A stretch of 64,000 nucleotides of DNA from the NCBI GenBank assembly GCA_022511065.1, contig JAFLSG010000001.1, positions 63,801 through 127,800 on the forward strand, in the 5' to 3' direction. Within the stretch, counting starts at the first letter, position 1; the number at the start of each line of letters is the position of its first letter. A program made the translations under genes and the position numbers. The stretch is from Prevotella sp. GTDB taxonomy: Bacteria > Bacteroidota > Bacteroidia > Bacteroidales > Bacteroidaceae. Under the pieces are notes generated by a model. The model had not been told where the DNA came from and ran no database searches. It saw only the letters and a program-made list of their open reading frames with translations. Shown one piece after another: positions 20,803 to 29,769 of the stretch.

Positions 20803-21255
20803 ATGAGACGAAGATTGAAGTTATTGGCCATCCTTTTTGCGGCGGTATTGCTGTTGCCAATGGCGGTTCACGCCCAGAGCGGGCTGAACATCAATCCGCT
20901 CTTTGAGGGCAAGGTGGTGCGGCAGAAGCAGATGGTGGAGACACGGGTGAAGGGTAAGATGCTGAGCAAGTATCGGCTGACATACTTCCGAAGCGTGCGC
21001 TTCGAAGGCACTAAAAGGGAAATAGAGCGCGTTCATCAATTGGTGGAATTGGATCGCCGCACATCGGCTGCGCAGTCGGCAGAGAATTGGTTCGACCGGG
21101 AGAGTCACTCAAAGGAAACGCTCATGATGCAACTTTCCCCGAAGGACGGGCAAAATCGCTTCTTGAGTTATAGGCGCAACGGCAATATGGTGACCGTGGT
21201 CTATATGGAGGGCGCACTCGATTCGTTTGACGCATTGAAGGAAATACTGAAATAA
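20803..21255 (+). CDS. secreted hypothetical protein (sigma-operon partner)
   Basis: Signal peptide MRRRLKLLAILFAAVLLLPMAVHAQ. 4-nt gap after the sigma gene. Confidence 0.5.
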   Translation: MRRRLKLLAILFAAVLLLPMAVHAQSGLNINPLFEGKVVRQKQMVETRVKGKMLSKYRLTYFRSVRFEGTKREIERVHQLVELDRRTSAAQSAENWFDRESHSKETLMMQLSPKDGQNRFLSYRRNGNMVTVVYMEGALDSFDALKEILK

Positions 21256-21270
21256 AAGCATAGGAAGAAT

Positions 21271-22143
21271 ATGAAGAAACTATTGACACTGTGTTTGCTG
21301 ACGGCGGCGCTCGCGGCAAACGCGCAGGGAAACGACACGCTGACCATCCACGGTCCGCGCAAGGTGAGAATCATCACAGGTGACTCCATCCAGAAAGTAA
21401 AGGTGTATGGCAGTGAGAACGACAGCCAATATACCTATGAGACGAGCATCCAGTTGGTGGATTCCAACTATGTCAGTGAGACATTCATCAATAAGGACTG
21501 GGGCTTTACGCTTGGTAGTGGTCAGGGGCGGAATGGCTCTGGCCTGCGCGCGAGTCGATTTGTCAGTTCCCACTTCGGGGTAGGGCTTTGCACAGCCGTA
21601 GGGGCTGATAACCCTGTATCAGTGCTTGTCGGCAGTTCGTGGGAGCTGTTTTGGACAATAGCCGAGGCAAATCGTTTCTTCGCCGGCAGCCATCACGGAT
21701 TTTCTATGGGCTTCGGCATCGGATGGCGCAACTATCGCATGACGGATTTTAATCGTTTCGCTAAGGCGGATGATGGCATAATCTATACCGAACCTTATCC
21801 CGCTGGCAGCGAACCAAAATTCTCGCGCATCAAGGTGTTCAGCCTCAACGTGCCGCTGATGTGGAAGTACCGTTTTGCGCGTTCCGGCACATTCTCGCTC
21901 GGCGTAGTCCTTAACTTCAACACCTACGGTAGCATCAAGACCCGCTATGAGGATGCAGACGGAAAATCGCACAAGGATGTAGCGAAGCATATCCACCAAA
22001 AGCCCTTCACGCTTGACCTTATGGGCACTTTGAACATCTATGGCATCGGTGCCTATTGCAAGTATTCCCCAATGAGCACCCTCCAGTCCGCCTACAGCGA
22101 TAACAGCAATTTCCAATCTCTCTCCTTCGGGGTGTATCTGTAA
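21271..22143 (+). CDS. putative outer-membrane beta-barrel protein
   Basis: Signal peptide ending ANAQ, alternating beta-strand pattern, C-terminal ...LSFGVYL. Confidence 0.5.
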   Translation: MKKLLTLCLLTAALAANAQGNDTLTIHGPRKVRIITGDSIQKVKVYGSENDSQYTYETSIQLVDSNYVSETFINKDWGFTLGSGQGRNGSGLRASRFVSSHFGVGLCTAVGADNPVSVLVGSSWELFWTIAEANRFFAGSHHGFSMGFGIGWRNYRMTDFNRFAKADDGIIYTEPYPAGSEPKFSRIKVFSLNVPLMWKYRFARSGTFSLGVVLNFNTYGSIKTRYEDADGKSHKDVAKHIHQKPFTLDLMGTLNIYGIGAYCKYSPMSTLQSAYSDNSNFQSLSFGVYL

Positions 22144-22432
22144 GAAGCCGAGTTATCCTACTCCTTTCCTTTCGGGATATTGATTAAAAAATCCCTGCCA
22201 AAAGTTCCATTGATTGGATGCGTTGGCAGGGATTTAAATTGGGGAACTATATATCTAATTGGCAGACTTCAAGCGGTAATAATGAATATATTGGCAACCT
22301 GAAATAGATTTTTTCGCGTAACAAGACCTCCATAGGGTGTATTCGTTTTGTAACCACACCATATACAACCAGTATTTTCTATATATACAAATTGTATATA
22401 GGGTAGTTACAAACCGCATACAGGCTCCATTC

Positions 22433-22510
22433 GCATCGTTTGAAGCCTCCAAACGCATTGAATTCAGCCTTCAAACGACCCGAATTCAGCCTCCAAACTT
22501 TTGGCTTGGA
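22433..22510. repeat. REP-like GCCTCCAAAC/GTTTGGAGGC hairpin cluster, locus 1
   Basis: cgtttgaagcctccaaacgcattgaattcagccttcaaac (22437-22476) is 39/40 identical to 58492-58531. Confidence 0.7.
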
Positions 22511-22574
22511 AATGGAACGGTATTTGATACCGATTTTTTCAGCATAAAAAAGCGCATGAAACGGGAAAAATACG

Positions 22575-22582
22575 TACCTTTG
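22575..22582 (+). promoter_or_regulatory. -7 box (TACCTTTG) for the M48 peptidase gene
   Basis: TAnnTTTG 39 nt upstream of the ATG at 22621. Confidence 0.5.
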
Positions 22583-22620
22583 TTGCCGCAAACGAAATTC
22601 AACTTATAACTTTTAGCATT

Positions 22621-23415
22621 ATGTTAAGAAAACAATTGATTCTGTTGGTTGGCCTGCTGATATGCGGCGCAACCGCAACACACGCTCAACTGAAAATCGG
22701 AAACCGCACAATCAACACCTCGAAAGTAGCTAAGGCAGTCGGCAACGTGGGCAGTGCCATCACGCTCTCTGATGCAGACATCGCCCGCATGAGCCATGAG
22801 TCGGTGGTGTGGATGGACGAGCATAACCCAATCGATACCACGGAATATGATGCTCGCCTGAAGCGCCTTACTGCCGGTATTACAGAGGTGGACGGGCTGC
22901 CGCTGAACTTCAAGGTCTATTATGTGATTGACATCAATGCTTTCGCTTGCGGCGATGGTTCTATCCGCGTGTTCTCCTCGCTGATGGACATCATGGATGA
23001 TGACGAGCTGATGGCTATCATCGGCCACGAGATTGGTCACGTTGTGCATCACGATGTGAAGAACGCCATGAAAAATGCTTATTTGGCTTCTGCCGCTGTT
23101 AATGCTGCGGGCGCAGCTGGTGGCGTGGTGGGTAAACTATCCGATTCTCAGCTTGGCGACTTGGCAACTGCACTCATGGATGCCAAGTTCTCGCAGAAGC
23201 AGGAGTATGCCGCCGATGAATACGGTTTTGAGTTTGCGGTGAAGCATGGTTTCAGCCCTTATGGCATGGCAAACGGACTCAACAAGTTGGTTGAGTTGTC
23301 AAAGGGTGCCAAGGCTTCCGCGATTCAGAAGATGTTCTCATCGCACCCCGATAGTGAAAAGCGTGCTGTTCGCATGAAGGAGAAGGCTGACGAGTACGTA
23401 GCTAAGAATAAGTAA
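22621..23415 (+). CDS. M48 family metallopeptidase
   Basis: Signal peptide. HEIGHVVHHD zinc motif. Confidence 0.85.
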   Translation: MLRKQLILLVGLLICGATATHAQLKIGNRTINTSKVAKAVGNVGSAITLSDADIARMSHESVVWMDEHNPIDTTEYDARLKRLTAGITEVDGLPLNFKVYYVIDINAFACGDGSIRVFSSLMDIMDDDELMAIIGHEIGHVVHHDVKNAMKNAYLASAAVNAAGAAGGVVGKLSDSQLGDLATALMDAKFSQKQEYAADEYGFEFAVKHGFSPYGMANGLNKLVELSKGAKASAIQKMFSSHPDSEKRAVRMKEKADEYVAKNK

Positions 23416-23437
23416 TCCAGCTGCTCACAAGTTTATT

Positions 23438-23980
23438 ATGCGGAAATTCTTTGCCATCCTATTTTTGGGAATCATTGCCTGCGTGAGCATCGACTACTGG
23501 TCGCCCCGTGACAAGTTTGCAGACTATGGGCAGACATTGCGGGAGCAGATTAACAGCGACCGGTTTTGTGCCTTTGAAGACCGGGATTGCGGTTTCGTGG
23601 TGCGCTATCCTTCTTTCTTTTCCAAGGAAGTGGAGGGCGAGGATGCAAGTTTTGGCCACCACCGCTTTGCCTATCACGATGCGCAAATTGACTCCGTGCT
23701 GGAAACCTCGGTGATTCCCAATCGCAGTCGTCTCTCTCCCAAGGAAATGATGGCGAAGGTGGCTGCGGAGAGATATGCCGCTTACACGGAACTAAGGCGT
23801 GACTCGTTCGTCATTGCCGGAACGCTTCACGAAAACGGAGGTTTTATTGACGGCTATGGCTATCGGGCAAAGTATGTGCTCCGCAACAATGCGTGGTATG
23901 TGCTTGCATTCTATTATCCCAAGGCTTACGAGCATTCCTTCGAGCGGCTGCTGAATGCAGTGGATGTGTGGGAAGGATAA
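23438..23980 (+). CDS. membrane-anchored hypothetical protein
   Basis: N-terminal TM helix (FFAILFLGIIACVSI). No recognised family. Confidence 0.45.
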   Translation: MRKFFAILFLGIIACVSIDYWSPRDKFADYGQTLREQINSDRFCAFEDRDCGFVVRYPSFFSKEVEGEDASFGHHRFAYHDAQIDSVLETSVIPNRSRLSPKEMMAKVAAERYAAYTELRRDSFVIAGTLHENGGFIDGYGYRAKYVLRNNAWYVLAFYYPKAYEHSFERLLNAVDVWEG

Positions 23981-23984
23981 GAAA

Positions 23985-24016
23985 ACAGCCGTAGGTGTTC
24001 CCTGCGGCTGTTTTTC
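23985..24016 (+). terminator. rho-independent terminator
   Basis: acagccgtagg pairs with cctgcggctgt, followed by tttttc. Confidence 0.6.
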
Positions 24017-24035
24017 TTCTATAAGAGGTTTACTT

Positions 24036-24140
24036 TGATTGCAATGCCATTCGGTGGTCATAAGATGCCATTTTATTGTCATAAGATTGCTTCTTATGGT
24101 AACAAGATGGCATCTTATCGTGGCAAGGCGCCACATTATT
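24036..24140. repeat. tandem array of five 21-nt phased palindromic units (family 1, array A)
   Basis: Units begin at 24036, 24057, 24078, 24099 and 24120, for example gtcataagatgccattttatt and gtaacaagatggcatcttatc. Confidence 0.8.
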
Positions 24141-24156
24141 CAAATCGGCGATAGCC

Positions 24157-25341
24157 TTAATTATCCTCTGCAAAAGCTGCTGACTCTGCTTCGGCAATGA
24201 TTTCCTCGCGAGTCTTCTCCTTTGGTGTGATGGAGAGGTCGGAGAGGTCAAATTCATTGTCAAGGGCATCGGAAGTGGTAGTTTTTGAGGTAGGGATGCT
24301 TTTAGCTGTTTTATGAGCAGTCGAAGAGTCGGATATTTCAGTCGCTTTGGCGGCGGGAGCACCCGCTCTGCTATTGGAATTAGAAGCCTTACTACCAGAA
24401 ACAGAGGCTTTGAAATCAGAGGCAGCCGAAGATGCATCAGCATCGTTGGCATTACCGCCAGAAAAAGACTGCTCACCCGAAACGGCATGCTCTTGCGAAA
24501 TTATGAAATCCTCGGACTCCTGCTCCGTACTCGGGACAGCCATCGCAGGCTCCTCCTCCATCTTCGTGCGCTCGGTCTTGGCGGCGAAGATAGAGTCAAT
24601 GAATTGCGGTTCGCGACGAAGACGCTGCAAAGTATCCTTGGACGCACGCTGCTGAGCCTCTTTCTTGGAGTAACCCATACCCTTCTCACCCTCTACGCCT
24701 TCCAAGAGTACTTGGAAACTGAAGATGGGACTGCCATTGTCGTCCTTCTTCTGCTTCAGCATGCGGAACTCTATACGGACACGGTTTTTCTGAGACCACT
24801 CCAACAACTTGGACTTGAAATTGACTTCCTTGAAGGCCACCTTGTCGATGTTGATATACTTGCCAAGCACACGGTTCTCCCAGAACCACATACAGGCATC
24901 GTAGCCGCGGTCGAGATAGATGGCGCCGACAAGCGCCTCGAAGGCATTACCCTCTACATAACTATTATGAGAGGTAGAATGACCTGCAGAAAGCAGCAGA
25001 TTGCCGAGACCCATCTCGTTGGCTAATTTTCCGAGCGTCTCACGCGATACAAGTTTCGAGCGCGTATTGGTCAGAAAACCCTCACGCTTGCCCTCATAAT
25101 GCTTATAGACTACATAGCCCACTGCTGCATCGAGAATCGCATCGCCAAGGAACTCCAATCGCTCGTTGTTCAAAGGCCTGCCCTTCTCGTTGCGCTTGCG
25201 GATGCTCTTGTGCATCAACGCCTGCTTGTAGTAGTCAATGTTGCGCGGGTAAAAGCCCAGAATCTCGTATAGTGAAGAAAAAAGCTCCTTCTCCTTACGG
25301 AAAGGGAGCTTTAAGCGGTCGATAAAGTTATCAGGCCTCAT
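24157..25341 (-). CDS. rnc: ribonuclease III with about 140-aa low-complexity C-terminal extension
   Basis: NERLEFLGDAILD signature and a dsRBD. The start is set at ATG 25341 (MRPDNF...). The listed start 25413 would overlap fabF by 83 nt. Confidence 0.85.
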   Translation of the reverse strand: MRPDNFIDRLKLPFRKEKELFSSLYEILGFYPRNIDYYKQALMHKSIRKRNEKGRPLNNERLEFLGDAILDAAVGYVVYKHYEGKREGFLTNTRSKLVSRETLGKLANEMGLGNLLLSAGHSTSHNSYVEGNAFEALVGAIYLDRGYDACMWFWENRVLGKYINIDKVAFKEVNFKSKLLEWSQKNRVRIEFRMLKQKKDDNGSPIFSFQVLLEGVEGEKGMGYSKKEAQQRASKDTLQRLRREPQFIDSIFAAKTERTKMEEEPAMAVPSTEQESEDFIISQEHAVSGEQSFSGGNANDADASSAASDFKASVSGSKASNSNSRAGAPAAKATEISDSSTAHKTAKSIPTSKTTTSDALDNEFDLSDLSITPKEKTREEIIAEAESAAFAEDN

Positions 25342-26593
25342 ACTTCTTGAACACCACGCAAGCATTATGGCCACCGAAGCCGAACGTGTTGCTAAGTCCG
25401 GCACGCACTTCACGCTTCTGGGCCTTGTTGAATGTGAAATTCAGGTTGTAGTCAATCTCAGGATCCTCATCACCCTCCTCGTGGTTGATGGTCGGGGGAA
25501 CGATATCGTTCTGCACGGCAAGCACAGTCACCATAGCCTCCACCGCACCGGCAGCACCAAGCAGGTGGCCTGTCATAGACTTCGTGGAAGAGATATTGAG
25601 CTTGTAGGCTGCATCGCCGAACACCTCCTTGATGGCTTTCGCCTCGGAGATATCACCCACGGGTGTGGATGTTCCGTGAACGTTGATGTAGTCGATATCC
25701 TCGGGCTTCATACCTGCATCCTCAAGTGCGGTCTGCATCACGAGTTTCGCGCCAAGTCCCTCAGGGTGAGAGGCCGTGATATGATGCGCATCGGCACTCA
25801 TACCGGCACCAACCATCTCCGCGTAGATCTTTGCGCCACGAGCCTTCGCATGCTCAAGCTCCTCAAGAATGAAACAGCCTGCACCCTCGGCGATTACGAA
25901 TCCGTCGCGGCTTGCGCTGAACGGACGGCTTGCCCGCTGCGGGTCATCGTTGCGGGTGGAAAGCGCGTGCATAGCATTGAAGCCACCTACGCCAGTAGCA
26001 CAGATAGCAGCCTCGGCACCACCTGCCACGATAGCGTTTGCCTTGCCCAGACGAATGAGGTTGAAGGCATCGGCCAGCGCGTTGGAAGAAGATGCACAGG
26101 CAGAAGCCGTGATGTAGTTGGGACCGTGAAGGCCATACATGATGGAAATCTGTCCGGCAGCAATGTCGGCAATCATCTTCGGGATGAAGAAGGGATTGAA
26201 CTTGGGACCATCAGCCTCGTGCTGACCGTAATACTTCACTTCGTCCTCAAAGGTCTTGATACCGCCGATGCCCACGCCATAGACTACACCGATGCGATTT
26301 CTGTCTTCCTTCTCAAGATCCATCTTGCTGTCCTCCATTGCCTGCTTGGCGGCAATCATCGCAAGCTGCGTGTAGCGGTCCATCTTGCGTGCCTCCTTGC
26401 GGTCAAGGTAGTCATTGATGTTCAGGTTCTTCACCTCGCAGGCGAATGTCGTCTTGAAATTGGTTGTATCGAAACTTGTGATGGGGGCTGCTCCGCTCAC
26501 GCCGTCGAGCAGGTTCTTCCACATCTCCTCAGGAGTGTTGCCGACAGGCGTTACTGCGCCGAGTCCCGTTACAACTACTCTTTTTAATTCCAT
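25331..26593 (-). CDS. fabF: beta-ketoacyl-ACP synthase II
   Basis: 420 aa. Active-site region ACASSSNA, HGTSTPVGD and GFGGHNA. Confidence 0.95.
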   Translation of the reverse strand: MELKRVVVTGLGAVTPVGNTPEEMWKNLLDGVSGAAPITSFDTTNFKTTFACEVKNLNINDYLDRKEARKMDRYTQLAMIAAKQAMEDSKMDLEKEDRNRIGVVYGVGIGGIKTFEDEVKYYGQHEADGPKFNPFFIPKMIADIAAGQISIMYGLHGPNYITASACASSSNALADAFNLIRLGKANAIVAGGAEAAICATGVGGFNAMHALSTRNDDPQRASRPFSASRDGFVIAEGAGCFILEELEHAKARGAKIYAEMVGAGMSADAHHITASHPEGLGAKLVMQTALEDAGMKPEDIDYINVHGTSTPVGDISEAKAIKEVFGDAAYKLNISSTKSMTGHLLGAAGAVEAMVTVLAVQNDIVPPTINHEEGDEDPEIDYNLNFTFNKAQKREVRAGLSNTFGFGGHNACVVFKKYEA

Positions 26594-26623
26594 GATTGTT
26601 TGATTGGGGGTTTTATAAAAAAA

Positions 26624-26699
26624 GAAAATCGGGAATTATGATTACTCCGACATTCAGACCGAGGCCGAAGCAAGTCATAATTCCCAATTTCCGATTTTC
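26624..26699 (-). other. long intercistronic stem-loop between acpP and fabF
   Basis: gaaaatcgggaattatga (26624-26641) pairs with tcataattccc (26675-26685) and ccgattttc (26691-26699). Confidence 0.5.
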
Positions 26700-26717
26700 A
26701 ATGATTGGATTTGAAAA

Positions 26718-26954
26718 TTATTTTGCGTTCTCCTCGATGTAAGCGATGGCGTCGCCAACGGTGCCGATCTTCTCAGCCTTGTCGTCGGGAATAGAGATAC
26801 CGAACTCCTTCTCGAACTCCATAATCAGCTCTACGGTATCCAGTGAATCTGCGCCCAGATCATTGGTGAAACTTGCCTCAGCCTTTACTTCTGCCTCGTC
26901 AACACCGAGTTTGTCAACGATAATTGCCTTTACTTTGCTTTCAATTTCTGACAT
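26718..26954 (-). CDS. acpP: acyl carrier protein
   Basis: 78 aa. [14 protein letters not shown] phosphopantetheine site. Confidence 0.95.
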   Translation of the reverse strand: MSEIESKVKAIIVDKLGVDEAEVKAEASFTNDLGADSLDTVELIMEFEKEFGISIPDDKAEKIGTVGDAIAYIEENAK

Positions 26955-27163
26955 AATTGTAATACTTTAAAGTGTTAATAATGATTTTGCTATCTTGAAA
27001 AAAGCCGGCTTTTGCCGTTTTCGGGGTGCAAAGTAACACATTTTCTTCCACTTACGCAAGCATTTTGATAAAAAACTGACCCTGTTTTGCACACAAACGG
27101 GGTATTTGTGCATAAAATAAAATGAAAAAACACGCTTTTCTTGTCTATTTGAAAAAGTTTCAG

Positions 27164-27171
27164 TAGTTTTG
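27164..27171 (+). promoter_or_regulatory. -7 box (TAGTTTTG)
   Basis: TAnnTTTG 22 nt upstream of the ATG at 27193. Confidence 0.45.
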
Positions 27172-27192
27172 CCGGACTAAATGAAATGAATT

Positions 27193-27798
27193 ATGTCACT
27201 CGCAGAACAGGCAAACCTAATTTTCACGCGGGCTGTCAATGATTATCACCTGACTGACAACATTGACACCCCCATACGGAATCCATACCCGAAGGACACC
27301 ATCGAGCACAGCCTCTATCTGAAATGCTGGATCGATACCGTCCAGTGGCATTACGAGGATATCATCCGCGACCCGCACATTGCGCCCATCGAGGCGCTCT
27401 CGCTGAAGCGCCGCATAGACCGCAGCAATCAAGACCGCACGGACTTGGTGGAGGAGATAGATGCCTATTTCCGCAAGCAGTACAGCGATGTGAAGCCGCT
27501 GCCGGATGCCCGTCTCAACACGGAAAGTCCTGCTTGGGCGATTGACCGTCTGAGCATCCTTGCACTGAAAATCTATCACATGCAGGAGCAAGTGGAGCGT
27601 AAGGATGCGTCTGCTGAGCATATCAGCCGGTGTCAGGCGAAGTTGGATGTGCTGCTCGAGCAGCAGAAAGATCTCTCGCTTGCCATCGACCAACTCTTGG
27701 AGGACATCGCTGCCGGGCGCAAGTATATGAAGGTGTATCGGCAGATGAAGATGTATAACGACCCAGCCACCAACCCCGTTTTATACAATAAGAAGTGA
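27193..27798 (+). CDS. hypothetical protein, DUF4254-like (GT9-associated)
   Basis: About 200 aa, overlapping the start of the GT9 gene (GTGA). The family assignment is from memory of this conserved pairing in Bacteroidota. Confidence 0.55.
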   Translation: MSLAEQANLIFTRAVNDYHLTDNIDTPIRNPYPKDTIEHSLYLKCWIDTVQWHYEDIIRDPHIAPIEALSLKRRIDRSNQDRTDLVEEIDAYFRKQYSDVKPLPDARLNTESPAWAIDRLSILALKIYHMQEQVERKDASAEHISRCQAKLDVLLEQQKDLSLAIDQLLEDIAAGRKYMKVYRQMKMYNDPATNPVLYNKK

Positions 27799-28844
27799 AA
27801 AGGGAACACATACTCGTCATCAGATTCTCCGCATTGGGCGATGTGGCGATGACCGTTCCCGTGGTGTGGGCGGTAGCAACCCAGTATCCTGACATCCACA
27901 TCACCGTCTTGAGCAAGAAGACGGCGCGGCCGCTCTTTGAAGACCTCGCCCCAAACGTGAGCTTCATGGAGGCCGACCTGCAAAAGGAGTATCGCGGCAT
28001 CAAGGGTCTCAACGCGCTCTACCGAAGATTGGTTGCCAAGCAATTCACCAAGGTTGCCGATTTGCATAGCGTGCTTCGCTCCGATTATCTGCGTATGCTC
28101 TTCAATCTGGGCAGGTATCGCGTGGAGCATATTGACAAGCATCGCGGTTTGCGCCGTCAGTTGGTGTCTGATAAGAATAAGGTGAAGCAACAACTTCCCA
28201 CCTCCTTTGAAAACTATGCCGATGTATTTGCCCGTCTTGGCTATCCCGTGGAGATAAATCAGTTCCACTCTATCTTCCCCGCCGAGGGAGGCAACCTAAA
28301 CCTGCTTCCCAAGGAAGTAGGCCCCAAGAAGGACTTCGAGCAGTGGATTGGCATCGCGCCCTTTGCCGCACATAAAGGAAAGGTGTATCCGCTTCAGTCG
28401 ATGGAGGAGATTATCTTTCAACTGACAAGAAAGTACCCAAAAGCACGTATCTTCTTCTTCGGTCGCGGCAGGCAGGAAACAAAGTATTTCGGTCTCTGGT
28501 GCGCTCAATACCGCCAATGCCTCAACGTGGGCAAGTATTGCGAGAACATATACCAAGAACTGATTCTGATGAGCCACCTCGATGTGATGCTCTCCATGGA
28601 CTCCGCCAATATGCACCTCGCTTCGCTTACCGCCACACCCGTGGTCAGCATCTGGGGGGCCACCCATCCTTACGCAGGGTTTATGGGCTTCAAGCAGTCA
28701 GAAGAGAATGCCATCCAAACCGACCTCGATTGCCGCCCGTGCAGCATTTTCGGAAACAAGCCCTGCCGCCGTGGTGACTATGCCTGCCTTGAGGGTATCA
28801 AACCCGAGCAGGTTATTGAGAGAGTGGGGGCGGTGATAGGGTAG
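27795..28844 (+). CDS. glycosyltransferase family 9 (LPS heptosyltransferase-like)
   Basis: ILVIRFSALGDVAMT N-terminus and a C-terminal GT-B region. GTG start. Confidence 0.85.
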   Translation: MKREHILVIRFSALGDVAMTVPVVWAVATQYPDIHITVLSKKTARPLFEDLAPNVSFMEADLQKEYRGIKGLNALYRRLVAKQFTKVADLHSVLRSDYLRMLFNLGRYRVEHIDKHRGLRRQLVSDKNKVKQQLPTSFENYADVFARLGYPVEINQFHSIFPAEGGNLNLLPKEVGPKKDFEQWIGIAPFAAHKGKVYPLQSMEEIIFQLTRKYPKARIFFFGRGRQETKYFGLWCAQYRQCLNVGKYCENIYQELILMSHLDVMLSMDSANMHLASLTATPVVSIWGATHPYAGFMGFKQSEENAIQTDLDCRPCSIFGNKPCRRGDYACLEGIKPEQVIERVGAVIG

Positions 28845-28890
28845 TGCATAGAAGAATATAACGGGAAAATTTCCGATTGGCGGAAAAGAT

Positions 28891-29535
28891 ATGCAGAAAG
28901 AGCGCGACAAGGCGGAATCATATCGCAAGGCGGCATACGAGGGTGACGCGAAGGCGATGAACAATCTCGGCGTGTGCTATCATCGTGGCTCCGGCGTGCG
29001 TGAGAACCATGAGCTGGCCTTTGAGTGGTACATGAAGGCGGCATTGCTTGATGATGTCTATGGCTGCTTCAACGTGGCGGAGTGCTATTACAAGGGTGAC
29101 GGGGTAGAGAAGAGCGTTGAGAAGGCTTTCTTTTGGTATCTGAGAGCTGCTGACAAGGGTGACGTGCAATCGCAGGTGAACGTGGCGAATGCCTACTATC
29201 TCGGGCAAGGCACGGAGGTGAGCCATGAGAAGGCTTACTTATGGTATCGCGAAGCTGCGTTTCAGGGGCACATCCAGTCGCAAAAGAACTGTGGCGCGGC
29301 GCATTGGAACGGCGACGGGGCGGAGAAGAATCTGGAGGAATGTGCTTTCTGGTATGAGCTTGCGGCGCATGGCGGCGATGCCCAGGCTCAGTTCATCATC
29401 GGTTGGTTTCACATGACGGGCAACGGCGTGAAGCAGGATGAGAAAGTCGGTCTTAAATGGATTCGCAAGTCCACCTTCCAAGGTTATCAGCCCGCCATCG
29501 ACTATTGCAAGGAGCACGGTTATAAGTGGTATTAG
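28891..29535 (+). CDS. Sel1-repeat (TPR-like) protein
   Basis: Five or more repeats of A..WY.KAA.QG...AQ..LG.CY..G.GV. Confidence 0.85.
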   Translation: MQKERDKAESYRKAAYEGDAKAMNNLGVCYHRGSGVRENHELAFEWYMKAALLDDVYGCFNVAECYYKGDGVEKSVEKAFFWYLRAADKGDVQSQVNVANAYYLGQGTEVSHEKAYLWYREAAFQGHIQSQKNCGAAHWNGDGAEKNLEECAFWYELAAHGGDAQAQFIIGWFHMTGNGVKQDEKVGLKWIRKSTFQGYQPAIDYCKEHGYKWY

Positions 29536-29544
29536 ACCCGTCAG

Positions 29545-29610
29545 GCGTTTGGAGCGTGCAAACGCATCGTTTGGAGGCTGATTTCACCCCATTTGGAGGC
29601 TCCAAACGGC
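29545..29610. repeat. REP-like GTTTGGAGGC hairpin cluster, locus 2 (inverted relative to loci 1 and 3)
   Basis: gcgtttggagcgtgcaaacgc, cgtttggaggctg, and the perfect palindrome tttggaggctccaaa. Confidence 0.7.
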
Positions 29611-29641
29611 AGGGGTGCAGGCGTTGAGCATATCGCTCGCC

Positions 29642-29725
29642 AAACACAACCTACCTTGCGGTAATAATAAGGTGCCATCTTATGCGCGTAAGATGCCTGC
29701 TTATCCGCATAACATGCCTTGTTAT
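29642..29725. repeat. family-1 21-nt units, array B (3-4 units)
   Basis: aataataaggtgccatcttat (29663-83), gcgcgtaagatgcctgcttat (29684-704) and ccgcataacatgccttgttat (29705-25). Confidence 0.7.
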
Positions 29726-29769
29726 TCATTTATCCAACATCCCTGTTTTGCTTTTCCGAAACTTATGCG

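Noticed and set aside
22189-22235. 13-bp stem hairpin (aaatccctgccaa / ttggcagggattt) as the terminator of the beta-barrel gene
   Set aside because: On the plus strand it is not followed by a T-run. The T-run is on the minus-strand side, where no upstream gene exists. Its function is unclear, so it is not called as a terminator.
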